Assembly: GCA_951406725.2 (NCBI GenBank) | Contig: OX597816.1 | Coordinates: forward strand, 141,360,001-141,424,000 | Origin: Octopus vulgaris | Taxonomy: Eukaryota | Direction: 5' to 3' | Length of the DNA stretch: 64,000 nt | Part shown: in pieces, positions 38,629-52,204 of the stretch | Numbering within the stretch: position 1 is the first letter of the stretch | How the letters are laid out: each line of letters starts with the position of its first letter | The notes under the pieces: generated by a model | What the model saw: only the letters and a program-made list of their open reading frames with translations | What the model was told of the DNA's origin: nothing | Database searches by the model: none | Position numbers and translations under genes: made by a program

Positions 38629-38715
38629 CATTGTGTACAGTGCTCAGGTGCACTACAACTCATCTAAAGTGTATGTATAATCAGGTGTAGTTTCGGCGGA
38701 TTTCAGAAAGCATAT
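38558..38715 (-). mobile_element. LINE 3' end with a long (ATT)n tail
   Basis: The minus strand reads ...AACTACACCTGA...GTAGTGCACCTGAGCACTGTACACAATG followed by about 22 ATT units. Confidence 0.45.
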
Positions 38716-41700
38716 TATGGTTTCAAAATGAAATATGGTGTCCCTACTAGCATTTAGTATGTACATAGCAGTTGTCAGGAATGTATTTAATATGTAAATT
38801 AGTCCATCCAATAGTGTTACACTTCTGAACTTAGTGGATGTTTAAGCAATTTATTCATGGCTGGCTAATGGTTTGCTTGTGGTGCTGAAGGAGGAGCAGC
38901 AAGAACTGAAATATGCATATATGCTCATTATCTATTTTTCTATCTTTGATTGCATTGTTTAATAGACACATTCATTTATGTGGCATTGTAACTTTCAGTG
39001 CTGGGTCTAAATTCTATAGAAAATCTGCAGAGATAGCTTAAAAGTGATATAAATATGTATGTACGTACATATATATGTGTACACATATAAAAAAGTGATA
39101 TTTCAATATGTACATACGTACATACATACTGATATCACTTTTTTATGTGTACACACACACACACACACACACATGCATATATATACATATATATGTGTGT
39201 GTATATACACATGTAGATGTATATGTATATACATGTGTATAAATATTAGTATATGCATGTGTATACATATGTATAGGCATGTGTATGTGTATATACATGT
39301 GTGTACACATATGTATACATATATGTATATACATATGTATATGTACATTTATATGTATATGATGAGTTCTAGTGCACTACTATTAACACACACAGCTCAT
39401 AATCAAAAGTAGAGAGTGGGTCCAATGACAAGGCAAAGGAACACAACTGGTGGACTGTAGTCTGAGAGGGAAGTATATTGATCTGCTTCCAATTACTGAC
39501 ATGACAAGTGTCTGAGACTGAACCAATTTCACTAGTGAAATGTGATCTGTGACTGAACTTCATTGGTCTGGTAGCTTAATGGACTGATATTGGTATCTAT
39601 TTCTAACAGGTGGGGGAATTGAAGGAAAAGCATAGTACAATGGTTTTCTGAGAAACACAAAAATATTCTAACAGCAGTACTGAACTCATAACCTATGCGC
39701 TGGAAGTTTAATACCTTATTCGGTTCTATCATCGTTACAAACTGAAACAAATAGAATACTTTTATATAAGAGTAAACTTTAATAGCAGCACTATGCTTTG
39801 AACTCATGCTCTTGTAATGTAACAGCTGAAGCTCACATTGTTTTAGAAAGAACTATGCTGCTATAACACTGCATAAAGTCAATTCAAATAATATTTTCAT
39901 GAAGGTGGCTGAAACAGTCTTCTCTTGTGTGTTTATCATCCACACATCCTGTCCTTTGGGTCTGTGATCATGTTACCACAACAGACCAAACTTGCAATCA
40001 ATCTTAACTTGCATGGCTGATTTCTACAATAAATTCACTCATATTTCATTCCACTTTCTTTTGATCTATGTTTGTGTGAAATTTTATGTGGAATAATATT
40101 TAGAGAATTTCATTTGTTTTTAACGTAGACTAGCAATATTGTACTTTACAGCTAACAAAAGTTAAGTCTTCCTACCTCCTCATTTCTCATTCTCTCTCAC
40201 ACTATCTCCCCCAATATATATATGATAATGTACCATGATGTTTCAGGATTAATATTCTAATTGCCTTTCCTAAAATGTTCACCAGTGTGTAGATTGATGT
40301 GTCGCTGCATGAATGCAGAGCAATATACTTTATAGCCAATATTAGACTTACAAAAATAGAACAGACTTTGTAATAAAGACACAAAGAGAAGCTATGACAG
40401 TAAAAAGAAAAATAATTAGTAGGTAGATTTTTTTTGTTTTGTTATATCTAAAGTATCTATGAGATAAATTACAATACAAGCTCCTGTTTCGATTAAAGGA
40501 ATCAGTTGGGCTAACCTGGGTTTACTTGAGGAAACGGTAAATTCTGTTTGATCAGACGCTGTAGATATATCATGTTTCATTCAAGAAAAGGTGTAATATT
40601 TCATTTTAAGCCAGATAGTTGTATTTATAGTTGTATTTTATAAGTCAGAAGAATCTTGTTCACTGATGCTAAAGAGAGATATACAGTCTTATACAACCCA
40701 AACCATTTAGAAGGAATACTGGTGGACAGTGGATAAATGATAATGATGATTATGTTGATGATAAGTTGCTGATGATGTTGAAAGCAATAATAAAATGACT
40801 CACAAGTTACAGTTGGATCAGGAATGCAATGGAATCAGGAAATTGCCAAAATAGTTGAAAAGGAAACTGATTACTTTCAAGTGTTTAGTTAAGAGTTTCT
40901 GTTCAAAACCATGCTGATTTTGACTTACCGTTTTATTCTTGTAAGTTTGATAACATAAAAGAGTAAGATGCTGACTGGCATCAATTTAATTAAACTGAAC
41001 CCTTACCTACAAAATCGACCCAATGCCCGATCTAAAGAAATCTATATTTGGAAACCACCGTTGAATATTGAGAATATTAAAAATACACAACTAAATCGTT
41101 ATAGCTGAAAGCAAAGAAATGGAAGATTTTATGATGGAAATGCCTAAAATATAGAAATAAAATTACTTGAGAAACATGGTCAGAAGTGAAAGATATTAAG
41201 AGATTCCTTCAACAGAATGAATAAGTACTGCAAGTTTGAGAATAATGGCAGTTGGAATGAGCTAAAAAGAAGGTTAAAAGGTTCATCATAACCCAAGGCA
41301 AGTGAATTTAACAAATGAACAATTAGTGGACAGGAATAATTGGAGGAGAGTTACTGTGATGACTTGATTAATCTATGCTATTAGCAAAAATAGACAAAAA
41401 AAAAGGGGGTGGGAGAGACAGAGGAAAACAAACAAACAAACAAGCAAACCAATTTTGTAATTTACTTCATATTCCATTTGACAATGTGTGAAGATTACAG
41501 CCAAATCTTTGGAGTTATGGAGGGTATTTTCTACAGATAACTAATTGTAATTCCTTACACAACAGTACCTTTCCTCACCTACTGGATCACATACATTCTT
41601 TTCCAGAGTTGTGTACTGAAGAGAAGGAGGAATCTAAAGAGAATTACACAAACTAATATACAAACACACACACATATATGCCTATTCATTTGAAGCTGAT

Positions 41701-41862
41701 GATTCACCTGCATGTGTTCATAAACTAACACATATATTTGAGATACCCAGAATAATGATTGATCGAATCATCAGCTTTGCATGAATAAATGAATTCTACT
41801 ATATGTACTGAATTTTTTTCACTCTCATTTAGAGACCTAAAGGCAAAAATGCACACATGTAT

Positions 41863-41975
<113 letters not shown>

Positions 41976-42466
41976 TAAATGTTTTTGTTTGTATTTGCAT
42001 TCAAAAATACACACTGATGTCACAAGTGTGAAGAGTTTGTTATAATTGCATTTTAATAAACAAGGTTATATGCTGACAGCTAAAGGTTTTGTACAAGTGA
42101 TATTACAATCAACAATATTCAACAATGAGTCTAAGTTTATTTTAGACCTATTAATGAATATAATTGATTGCAAAGTCAACCATACAAAACATTTAAGTAA
42201 GTGAAGGCATATAATCATGTATATCAATACACAATATTATATAAGGAATAAATGTAGATAAAATGGGGAGTGGGCTTGCATGCATTTTAGATTTCTACAT
42301 AGGGAACACAAAACTGACCAACCTAGAAGGAGACAACAGGAAAGAAATTAACTACAAATGAAAATACATTAATATTATAGCAAGGCAGAAATAGTACTAC
42401 TGATTTTCTAAGGGGTAGAGATGTAGCAAAATAGCCTCACAGTGAGGCAGAAGGAGGGGATCTTAC

Positions 42467-42584
42467 CGACGTAGTTGCAGTTCAGGAGGCCAAGGCACTA
42501 AAATGCCCGTTACAGGACTAATAGGCGAATTTCCTATAGAGGAAGAAGCAATTCTGGACAAACCACAGCTATCAGAGAGAGTGC
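42467..42584 (-). CDS. Candidate internal coding exon (118 nt, phase 1 to 2) of an unidentified gene
   Basis: Acceptor TTATTATTTCCTTTGCCAG|G and donor CG|GTAAGA. About 47% GC with 4 CpGs in a CpG-poor background. Only one frame is open: (G)TLSDSCGLSRIASSSIGNSPISPVTGILVPWPPELQLR(R). Confidence 0.55.
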
Positions 42585-42654
42585 CTGGCAAAGGAAATAA
42601 TAATGTAAGGAAATAATTAACAGTAGTATTACACTTGAAATCAAGCCCATGAAC

Positions 42655-43085
42655 CATTCAGATATGCCACTAAATGTTGTTAATAGTTTCTGCTACCTAA
42701 ATGGTCTAATTAGTAGTGGAGATGATTGTAATAAAAGTATAGTTTCTAACATAAGAAAAGAAAGAGCAGGTTCAGTGATCTGTTTGCTTCTGTTAGCATC
42801 AGTCTCTGTCTATATGAAAATCAAATTGTATTAAGTATCTTATGTGTCATGTTAGATAAGCATTTGTTGTGAATGACCTGTGGAGGTGGGAAAAACATCA
42901 AATGTTGTCTGTTGGATATTTAACATGAACTTGTAAGAAATGGGGAGCACAAATGAGCTAAGAGAATAATGTGGCATTAAAGATATCAATTCGTATATAT
43001 TGCAGGAAAGATGACTGCATTGATATCAACATGTGATATGAACAGATGTGAATGATGGGTGGTCAGGCAGGATATTGCATACTGA
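42655..43085 (+). mobile_element. RTE-type LINE C-terminal remnant
   Basis: LNVVNSFCYLNGLISSGDDCNKSIVSNIRK resembles the post-RT motif LE.V..F.YLG..IS..G.C...I..RI. A paralogous copy starts at 45695. Confidence 0.6.
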
Positions 43086-44582
43086 TAGCCAAGCCTTATA
43101 GATAGGATGACATAGGATTTTGAAAAGGTGATATCCTGTATTATCAATTCTACATTTGACAGCAAGGTAACAATAGACCTTAAAGTAATTATGCCATTGT
43201 CACAGCCATCACAATTGGCTGATGAGGAATATACTATCAATTAAACTGATGACATTTTTTTAGATGATTTGAAATGACTGTAGATATAAAATAGCAGGTA
43301 CACCTCAATAAATGACACAAAGTGTACTACAATAGATAAAACAGTTATATATAACAATGTCGTAGATAGAAATCTTTGTGTAAAGTATAATGATAAAATT
43401 ATTAGTCACAAGAGAAATCCCATTTGTGCAAATGTAATTCCATTATGGTTTATGAAGGACATATTTGATCAAAGTAATTGAAGCTACAAGAAAGTTTGTA
43501 CATCATGGGAATTAAACAGGAATAAGGCACAAATCCATGAATACACATGAAAAGAAAACAAGAAACAATGAAATACCTAGAAAATAAAATTTCAATATTA
43601 AATATAAAACAAACACAATTCTTAAATGTAAACAAATAAACTCGAAAGAACAACAAAAAGAATATGGTTAGCAAGCCTGACTTTCAACAGTTTACATCAA
43701 CAGTTAAAAAGATGCAAAGTAAAGCAAAAGGAATATCAGGAAGGCTAGCAAAATGTATGAAAACTTCCTGAAATCCTCACTTATTATGTAAACTACCACA
43801 TAAAAATCTAAATCTAATAAGAGTGAAAAAGAGTAAAAAATAAAAATTAAAATTAAAAAAAAACCCAAAAACAAAAATATACTCTAAAAACACAAACCAA
43901 ACTTGTTTGTTGTTGAAATCAAAATATATTAGAGAAAAAGTCAAGAAATTGTATTAGTTGCTGCAGGGTGAAGGAATTGGAAATGCAAGATTATTGCTGA
44001 AGGAATTGGAAATGATAGATTATTTAGTGTCTAAAGAAACATCTTGAATGTTTATGGGAAGGATGTCAAACAGTCAAATTATAAGAGGAAAAAAAAAAAT
44101 TGTCAGCACAACATTCTTTTTGTTTGATTCAAAGAAAAATAAATATTTTTATAAAATATTTCTGAATATAATATCTGGTAGCATATTCAAGTATATTATT
44201 TATATCTTGAACATAACATTCAGATCAAATATCATGGAATATGCAAGTTATGGAAGTAGTTCCATAACTTGAAAGTAGTTGAGATAGTCATAGGAAAGTT
44301 AGTGAAAGATAGGAATAATTTGAATAAGATGCAATTTGAATTTGTTGTCATTTCAACTTCAATAGGCCCAGTCATTCCAGCCATGACCATCCCATTCTTT
44401 TAAGTATAGTGTACTGGGGACTACAATATTTGATGCTTTCTTCCCCTTTTTTTAAAAAGAGTTTAGATAAAATGTGATATGATGATTATTTTTTTTTTAC
44501 TGATATTTCAAGCAGGATTTGTCAATCCAGGTAATATAGATTCGTCTTTGGGGGTGAAAACAGTTATGGCTTATTTCTAATG

Positions 44583-44830
44583 CCACTCAGCTGGCAAAAA
44601 TGAATAGTGCCTGTATTTCAAAGGGCCAGCCTTGTCACATTTTGTGGCACTCTGAATCTCCCTCAGAACTACATTAAGGGTACACATGTTTGTGGAGTGC
44701 TCAACATCTTGCATGTTAATTTCACAAGCAGATTGTCCCATTGGTCATATCTACTGAAACCTTTGTTGTCATAATCGATAGAGTGCCAGTCCAATGAAAA
44801 AAAACAAAACAAAATAAAAGAAACAAAACG
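44583..44830 (+). mobile_element. SINE 3' portion with an (AAAAC)n tail
   Basis: CCACTCAGCTGGCAAAAATGA...GAACTACATTAAGGGTACAC...GAGTGCCAG followed by an A-rich simple-repeat tail. Confidence 0.5.
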
Positions 44831-45277
44831 AAGACATTCATAGTAGGAGGGGAACAAATAACTTTGTTTGCATTTGTTGAATTGGAGAAGTTTTTTGACC
44901 TCACATTTAGTAGTCTGATGGATTCTGAGTCATCTAAAGGTAAATAAACTGCTTTCATAAGCAGTTACATCATACAAGGCTGAAATAAGCATTGGAAATC
45001 AAGTCTATAAGGAATTTAATGTGTGAGTAGGCATTCAGCATGGCTATGTCCTCAAAGCTTTTGAGGCAATAATGTAGGAGTTCAAATCTAGGTGGCTTTG
45101 GGTTGTGCTCTGTACTGATGACTTGGCTCTCATTATGGGACCTGTTGAAGATGTCAGACAATGTTCTAAACTTGGCAGAGTTGTCTGGAGTTTAATCTTT
45201 TAACATTCAGATTACTTTCTCAAATGTAATGAATTAATCATGCTTATCTAATAACTTAGCGATTTCACTGATGTGAT

Positions 45278-45689
45278 TACTCTTTTACTCTTTTACTTGT
45301 TTCAGTCATTTTACTGCGGCCATGCTGGAGCACCGCCTTTAATCGAGCAACTCGACCCCGGGACTTATTCTTTTGTAAGCCCAGTACTTATTCTATCGGT
45401 CTCTTTTGCCGAACCGCTAAGTGACGGGGACATAAACACACCAGCATCGGTTGTCAAGCGATGTTGTGGGGGACAAACACAGACACACAAACACACACAT
45501 GCATATATATATATATATACATATATATGACGGGCTTCTTTTAGTTTCCGTCTACCAAATCCACTCACAAGGCTTTGGTTAACCCGAGGCTATAGTAGAA
45601 GACACTTGCCCAAGGTGCCACACAGTGGGACTGAACCCGGAACCATGTGGTTGGTAAACAAGCTACTTACCACACAGCCACTCATGCGC
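45278..45689 (-). mobile_element. SINE family A, full length, young (CpGs retained)
   Basis: Pol III-like head, internal (CA)/(TA) repeat and (TACTCTTT) tail. Possible TSD TGT(G/A)ATTA. Confidence 0.92.
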
Positions 45690-45694
45690 TGTAA

Positions 45695-46466
45695 TTAATA
45701 GTTTGTTACCTAGATAATAGTAAAAGCATAGTTTCTAGGAAAAAATATAGCACAAGAATTTCAGTAATTCGTTTGCCTCTTTTGGCAACAATTTCTCTAT
45801 CTGTGTGAAAAGCAGATTGTATAAAGTGTGTATAAGATGTGTCATGTTAGATGAGCATTGATTGTAGAGGACCTGTAGAGGTAGAGAAAAACATCAAGTA
45901 CTGTCTGTTGGATGTTTAACAAACTTGTGAGCACGAGGGAGCTTAGAGAATAGCACAACATTAAAAATATCAACTCATTATACAGGAGAGATGACAGTAT
46001 TGATATCATTACATGATGTCAATAATGGAAGTTGGGTAGGGGTACTGCATACTGGAAGCAGAATATACCTAAGGAAGAATATTAGGTAACTGGAACTTAT
46101 GCTGACAGGCCTTACAGATGACATAGGATCTTGATGAAAGATGACATCCTGTATCATTGAGCCACTCTACATTACACAGTAAGGTAACAATAGACCTTAA
46201 AACAATGATACCGCTGTCACAGCCATCACAACTGGCCAATGTCAAAGGTGGTGGATATACTACTATCAATTAAACTGATGATATTTTTAGATGATATGAA
46301 ATAACTGTAGACATAAAATAGAAGTATGTCTGAATAAAAGACATAAACTGTATACAACAATATTTATAGCAGACAATGTTGTAGATAGAAATCTGTGAGT
46401 AAAGTGTAATGATAAAATGATTAGTTATAGGAGAAATCCCATTGGTTGAAACAATTCCATTATGGT
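45695..46466 (+). repeat. Diverged duplicate of 42680-43449
   Basis: Shared blocks include AAGGTAACAATAGACCTTAAA, TGTCACAGCCATCACAA, TACTATCAATTAAACTGATGA and AATTCCATTATGGT. Confidence 0.85.
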
Positions 46467-46564
46467 GTATAGGATGTGAAAATATCATTACTTAAAGGTT
46501 TTTACCTCAATATAAATGCAAAAATACAAATGCTGCAATGATGTTGATCATGATGAAAAACAAA

Positions 46565-46706
46565 AGGGGGTTCTCACTACTACCATAAAATATTCACATG
46601 CAGAGTGAACAAGCAGTAATGGTAGCAACGCTTCTCTGCTTCTTCCTTGGAACCGACAATTGCCAGTAGATGGGAATTGTATAGTTAAGAGCATTTGATA
46701 TTAACA
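46565..46706 (+). repeat. 142-bp direct repeat, copy 1
   Basis: 134/142 identical and ungapped against 47791-47932. Confidence 0.92.
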
Positions 46707-47790
46707 AAAATACTGCAGCTACCACATACAGCTGTAGCATTTACAAGACAAACACAGACATTAACCAATGACTAATAAAAACTTAGATATTTACACATAT
46801 GCACCACACATAAACACACACACACGTGCATGCACACACACACACACACACATTCATATATATACACATGCATGAACCAGAAACTCTCTGGCTACCAGGA
46901 ATATCAGCAGTAAAAGAGGCTATGGAAATGAGATAGATTATGAATACAGTTAAAGAGGAATCACAAATCAAATATACAAATAATAATAAAGAAAAAAATC
47001 TACTCAACTTCTCATATGCTTAGTAAGAAGGAATGACAAGAAAATATTCCTTGAACTTGAATTTAAAGAAATACACTTGGTTCCTCTTAATAATAAAGCA
47101 GCCAATAGTTGGAAGGTCACCAAAATATAAAACATATTTTAATCCCATGTTTTAGTGTCATATGCCAACATAGACAATAAAGATAGAAAAATCTGTAAAG
47201 GTTAGTCAGGAATGGGACAATTCCATTGGATAATAAAATGTGAACTGAGATACTAGAAAAGAAGATTTAACTAAGAATACAACAAGGAATTAAAAGCATC
47301 ATGTGTCATATACTTAAGAGAAAATTCACCTTTTATGGGTATATTATGAGGGAGAGTAAGAGGAAGTATGCGAAAAAGTATTGGAAAATTGTAGTAAATT
47401 TTAACTATACTTAAGATGGATTAAGAATGATTTGAAATAAGACAGTTAGGATTAAGAAAAGTATACAGAAGAACAGTACATTTGAGAAGCCACATTTAAT
47501 ACAGCCACATAGGTCACAACCTTATAGAGGAAATTAAGAGAAAATTAATGATAAAAGTTTTGCATAAACATACTTATATATGTGAAACATGTTTCTCTCT
47601 GTATATCTCTCTCTACACACATACATACAGGAGGGCAGGCAGATAAAAATTAATTACATTAAGTTTGAGAAACTTTCTGAGCTGCATATATGTATACATG
47701 AGTGAGTGTATTACACACACACACACAAACATTTATATAAGTGTTTATATTATATACATAAACATATATGTCAGTGTGTATATATATATA

Positions 47791-47932
47791 AGGGGGTTCT
47801 CACTACTACCATAAAATATTCACATGCAGAGTGAACGAGCAGTAATGGAGGCAACTCTTCTCTGCTTCTTCCTTGGAACTGACAATTACCAGTAGAAGGG
47901 AATTGTATAGTTAAGAGCATCTGATATTAACA
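47791..47932 (+). repeat. 142-bp direct repeat, copy 2
   Basis: 134/142 identical to 46565-46706. Starts directly after a (TA)n run. Confidence 0.92.
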
Positions 47933-48040
47933 GATTGATGTAATGATTGCATTGTTCAATTAAATGGAGTTGCATGAAACGATCGTACTGCATTACCTCT
48001 GGATATCCTTGTTGCTTATTTTGATATATATATATGTGTG

Positions 48041-48078
<38 letters not shown>

Positions 48079-48149
48079 CATATACGTGTGTGTATGTATA
48101 CATATATATGTGCATTGTATCTTTCTCTCTTACTTGCTCACTCCCACCT

Positions 48150-48188
<39 letters not shown>

Positions 48189-48427
48189 TCTGTTCTCAGT
48201 TGAGGTAAAGATAGTATCATTTCTCAACATTTTCTGGTCAACAAATCACCTGGTAGCTTTGTGCTTTTGAGGACCAGAGGAATGAAAACTTCCTTACTTG
48301 AAAAATAAGTAGAGGTTAGCAAAAAAAAAAAAAAACAGGAAAAAAGACAATCAGCTGTGAAACGATGCCTCAGTAATACATATTGATCTAACCCATGTTG
48401 GCATGGAAAAAAAGATGTAAAATGGTT

Positions 48428-48900
48428 TTGTCTTGGTATAAAAGATGGGCTACAGCAAATATTCTGTTCAGTACCATAGATTTGCTTGTCAGTTGTTTGA
48501 AATTAACCGGTTGAGCACCTTTGGTGGCTGGTGATATGTGCATCTCTGATCATGAGCAGAAGTAGTGGGGGAGATCATAGCCAGGTATTGAGAGGAATTT
48601 GGAGTTTGAATAATTCACCTCTGGAAACATAGGTGTTTCGTTCAACATCCTTGAACAACCTTTATTCAAGGACCATTTGAGCAGGATGGACTACTCGACC
48701 TGAAGAAAATTCTAACTGGGCCCCACCTGCAAGACTATGCACTGTTTATCTTGATATGAGATCACCATGTCACGCACATATGGTTGTGATGCATGTGACT
48801 GGTGTACCCTTATCAGATGGGTAGTCATGTTGGGTGTACTGGGCTTTGTATATTTTACCTCAGTGTCACTTTGATGGCATGCATTGTTCTCTCATTCAAT
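48428..48900 (+). mobile_element. Dispersed repeat family D, longer copy
   Basis: The last 165 bp or so is the reverse complement of 21765-21933. Ends in an (AAT)-like tail. Confidence 0.7.
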
Positions 48901-48907
48901 AGTATTG

Positions 48908-49132
48908 ATAATGATAATCCTTTCTATTAAAGGCTTAAAACCTGAAATTTTGGGGGAGGGGACTAGTTGATTACATTGACCCCAGTGTTTCACTGGCGCT
49001 TAATTTATTGACTCTGAAAGGATGAAAGGCAAAATCAACCTTAGTGGAATTTGAACTCAGAATGTAAAGACAGATGAAACACTGCTAAACATTTTCTCTG
49101 CCATGCTAATGATTCTGCCAGCTCACTGCCAC
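48908..49132 (-). mobile_element. SINE family B, full length
   Basis: GAAAGGATGAAAGGCAAAATCAACC...GGAATTTGAACTCAGAA...TTCTGCCAGCTCACTGCC. Confidence 0.85.
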
Positions 49133-49147
49133 CACAATAATAATAAT

Positions 49148-49590
49148 GAGAGTGGTGGAGTTGGAGACTAGCAAGATCCTTTGGGATTTCCCAATCCAAA
49201 CAGATCAGGTGCTAGAGCATAACAGACTGGACCTAGCGGTGGTGGACAAGATGCTATATAGTTGATGTTGTATGCCCCATTGACTCATGAATAGTCAAGA
49301 AGGAAGGTGAAAAGATAGATGAATACAACCTTTTTAAGTACGAAATGGCCTGGTTATGGAAAATGAAGAAGGTGAAGATAGTGCCAATTATTGTTGGGTT
49401 CTTGGGAAGAGTATCAGAAGACATCAAGGGGAATATAAAGGAAACTGGAGTAGAGTGCCCAGTAGAACTGTTACAAAATAATCAGGAAAATATTAGATAG
49501 TTGAAAATGGACAGCATGGTACCGTAGGCTGCAAGTAGCAAGCCCACTATGCATGTAAGACTCCAGAAGCTCCAATAAAAACTGTGATAA
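49148..49590 (+). mobile_element. R4/Dong-like LINE 3' end (RLE endonuclease plus 3'UTR)
   Basis: Reads KILWDFPIQTDQVLEHNRLDLAVVDK, YIVDVVCPIDS*IVKKEGEKIDEY and LWKMKKVKIVPIIVGFLG (PD-(D/E)xK-type RLE). A (TAA)n tail follows. Confidence 0.8.
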
Positions 49591-51566
49591 AGAGACGTAA
49601 TAATAATAAATCCAGAAATTTAGAGGGGAGATTAGTGGATTATATCAATCCAAGTACTTAATCAGAACTTTAAAAACTTACCAACATACACATACAGTCA
49701 CATTTTACAATGCATGTTTTCACACCCTAATTCACAGTGTGTATGTGTGTGTGTGTGAAGGCCTGCACATGTTAAAGAGTATATGTATTTATGTATCTGT
49801 ATGTGTGTATCTGTGACTGGGTGCGTGTATGTATGAATGTCTTAATCAGTTGCTTTGGTGCACCTTCTAATGTTCAGATGGCTCTGAAATAACATTTTCA
49901 AAGACATGTCACATGACTGATCTCGTGGCTATTCTCAGTCAATCAGAAAGTGTTTTTTGGTGCATTTGTCATCCTTTGAAATGTTTGTCTGGAACCTACT
50001 GTGTTCATCAAAATAGTATAAAAGAAGCAATTTCCAGACAGAAATTAGAATCAGACTCCTTGTGGCAGTAGCAATTGATCTTCTGTTTCTCAAAGAAAGA
50101 AAAAATCACATGCATGCACATGCTCACAAACACACCTACATACACACACATGCACACACACACACACTAACACGAAGTTACTTCATCCAGCTACATTTAC
50201 AAGCTGTGATTCTTGAGCTAATACCATTCCTATTACTGTTTTGCAAACTGTAGTTATATTATCTTTGAAGATGTTCATTTTTACATTACAAATACTAATT
50301 TTTGTGCTGTTTCTTAAAGGTACTGAATTGAACCAGTGAACTTTTATTTATCTTGTAAAATTTTGAACTGCATGCTAGAAAGACCTGGTCTATTCCCTGA
50401 CCATTATTTTCTAATGAAGATTCTTTACATTACAGTCTATGGAATAATTATTATACTTTAATAATAATTACAATTACCAAATAGTGGAACTGTGTCAGGG
50501 AAAAGGTCACAGATGATTAAGTGAAGTCAACAGTTTTTGTGTGTTGTTTTTTAATGCCTATTAGGTGTCTTCTATGCTGTTAATGTCTAAGTTTCAACAG
50601 AGATCATATCACTTGTCAGACAAGTACATCTCCGAAATTTAATAATACTGTTGTATTTATACTATGCTGTGTGAATTTATACTGGTACATTGAATCTTTC
50701 TAATGTTATCATTAATTGAATTATGTTCTTCTTTGCTGTTGTTTTATGCTGATCATTTACTCTAGACTCAATGTAATCCAGTTACTGTTATTAGTATTAT
50801 TACTAAATGATTGTATGGAAGCTACTCTATTTGACATTTTTCATTCATTTATTGCCACTGGGATCTCCAACCCTCAACACAAAACATATTCACACCTAAA
50901 ATATTCATAAAATTCCTAAGTCACTGCAGTGGGAATAAATGAAAATAATGTATTTCAGGAATGTGACCTGGAGGAATATATTTATAAAGTGGACAGTGAA
51001 GGAGGATAATGTAATGGAAGAAAGACCTTAGCATATCAATCCTGATCCTGTGTTCTGAGATGTTCCAACTAGGAACACCACCACCTTCTTTTTATACATA
51101 AAGTATACATACTGCAATATATATGTATATATATACACCTTATACATGCATATTCACTATTAGTTGTTTATTTAACTCTAAATCAACACTGATTGGATAT
51201 ATACTCAAAAGCATTCCATTCATGGCCATTCAAAATGTTTTTCAGGTATTGCTTATCTACTACTACCTTATCCAACACAGTTTTAGCATATCCGTTAAGA
51301 TGATAGGTTATGGTTGAGTGAGAGTTGCTTAATATTTCTAGCAAGATCAAGTGATCTCAAACTGACTTTTATTGTTTGAGGGAATACTTGTAGTTAATGC
51401 CTATAGTTTTATAGTTCTAATCCAACTCTCATCACTGCATATCCCCTCGCTAGTCTCAGGGGAGACAAGATATTATTGCTTGACTTGCTAGAAGTGACAG
51501 CCAAACCGCCCTTATATTTATATGTTATCATCTTCACCCTTTAGATACCAATCCATGTAAGACTAT

Positions 51567-51898
51567 CATCACAGTCCTTGTGGTGTGAAGTCTTGTGTAT
51601 CTCAATGACCCTGTGAGCTATGCCAGTGTGCTGGTGAAACACAAGTTTCTGGTAGGACTTTTATGCCAGACAGGTCAAGGGATAGAGGCAGGACTAAAAT
51701 TGACCACCTCTTTCCAGAGGTAAAAATAAGTTTGCTTAGATTCAACAACCTTACCAAGAGAAAAAGTAAGGTTACAGAAGCATTGATGATAATTAATAAC
51801 CAGCAAGGCCTGGGAGAGAAAAGACAGTCCTAGGTCAAGAACAGTGGAGAAAAGTTGTTTATAACCTATGCTCCACATGGAGTGAAGGGCTTAAGTAA
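51567..51898 (+). mobile_element. Non-autonomous RTE derivative (5'UTR joined to the ORF end)
   Basis: RTE-like 5' block CTCAATGACCCTGTGAGCTATGCC...ATGCCAGACAGGTCAAGGG, and a 3' end reading QWRKVVYNLCSTWSEGLK*. Confidence 0.55.
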
Positions 51899-52204
51899 CA
51901 TGAGACTGCTTTTGGTTCTATAATACAAAGTGTTCATATTCAAAAGGAACCTTCCATCATGACTTGATGTATGAACCTTTGGTAACATATGTTCCAAACA
52001 TCAGTTTACTTTCCAACCACATGGTTCCAGGTTCAGTCCCATTACACTCTTGGAGTGACTAGTGTTAGGAAGGGCATCCAGCCATAGAAACCATGCCAAA
52101 TCAGACAGAAACCTGATACAGACCTCTGGGTTACCAGTTCCAATCAAACTGTCTAATCAATGCCAGCATGGAAAGCGGATGTTAAATGATGATGATAATG
52201 ATGA

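Noticed and set aside
41007-41031. 25-nt minus-strand exon candidate with CpGs
   Set aside because: It overlaps a decayed family B SINE tail and gives a stop in phase with the 42.5 kb exon.
41579-41615. 37-nt minus-strand exon candidate (CAG...GTGAGG)
   Set aside because: It introduces a stop if joined to the 42.5 kb exon and has no recognisable peptide.
43969-44024. 29-bp tandem duplication
   Set aside because: Ordinary slippage duplication with no further structure.
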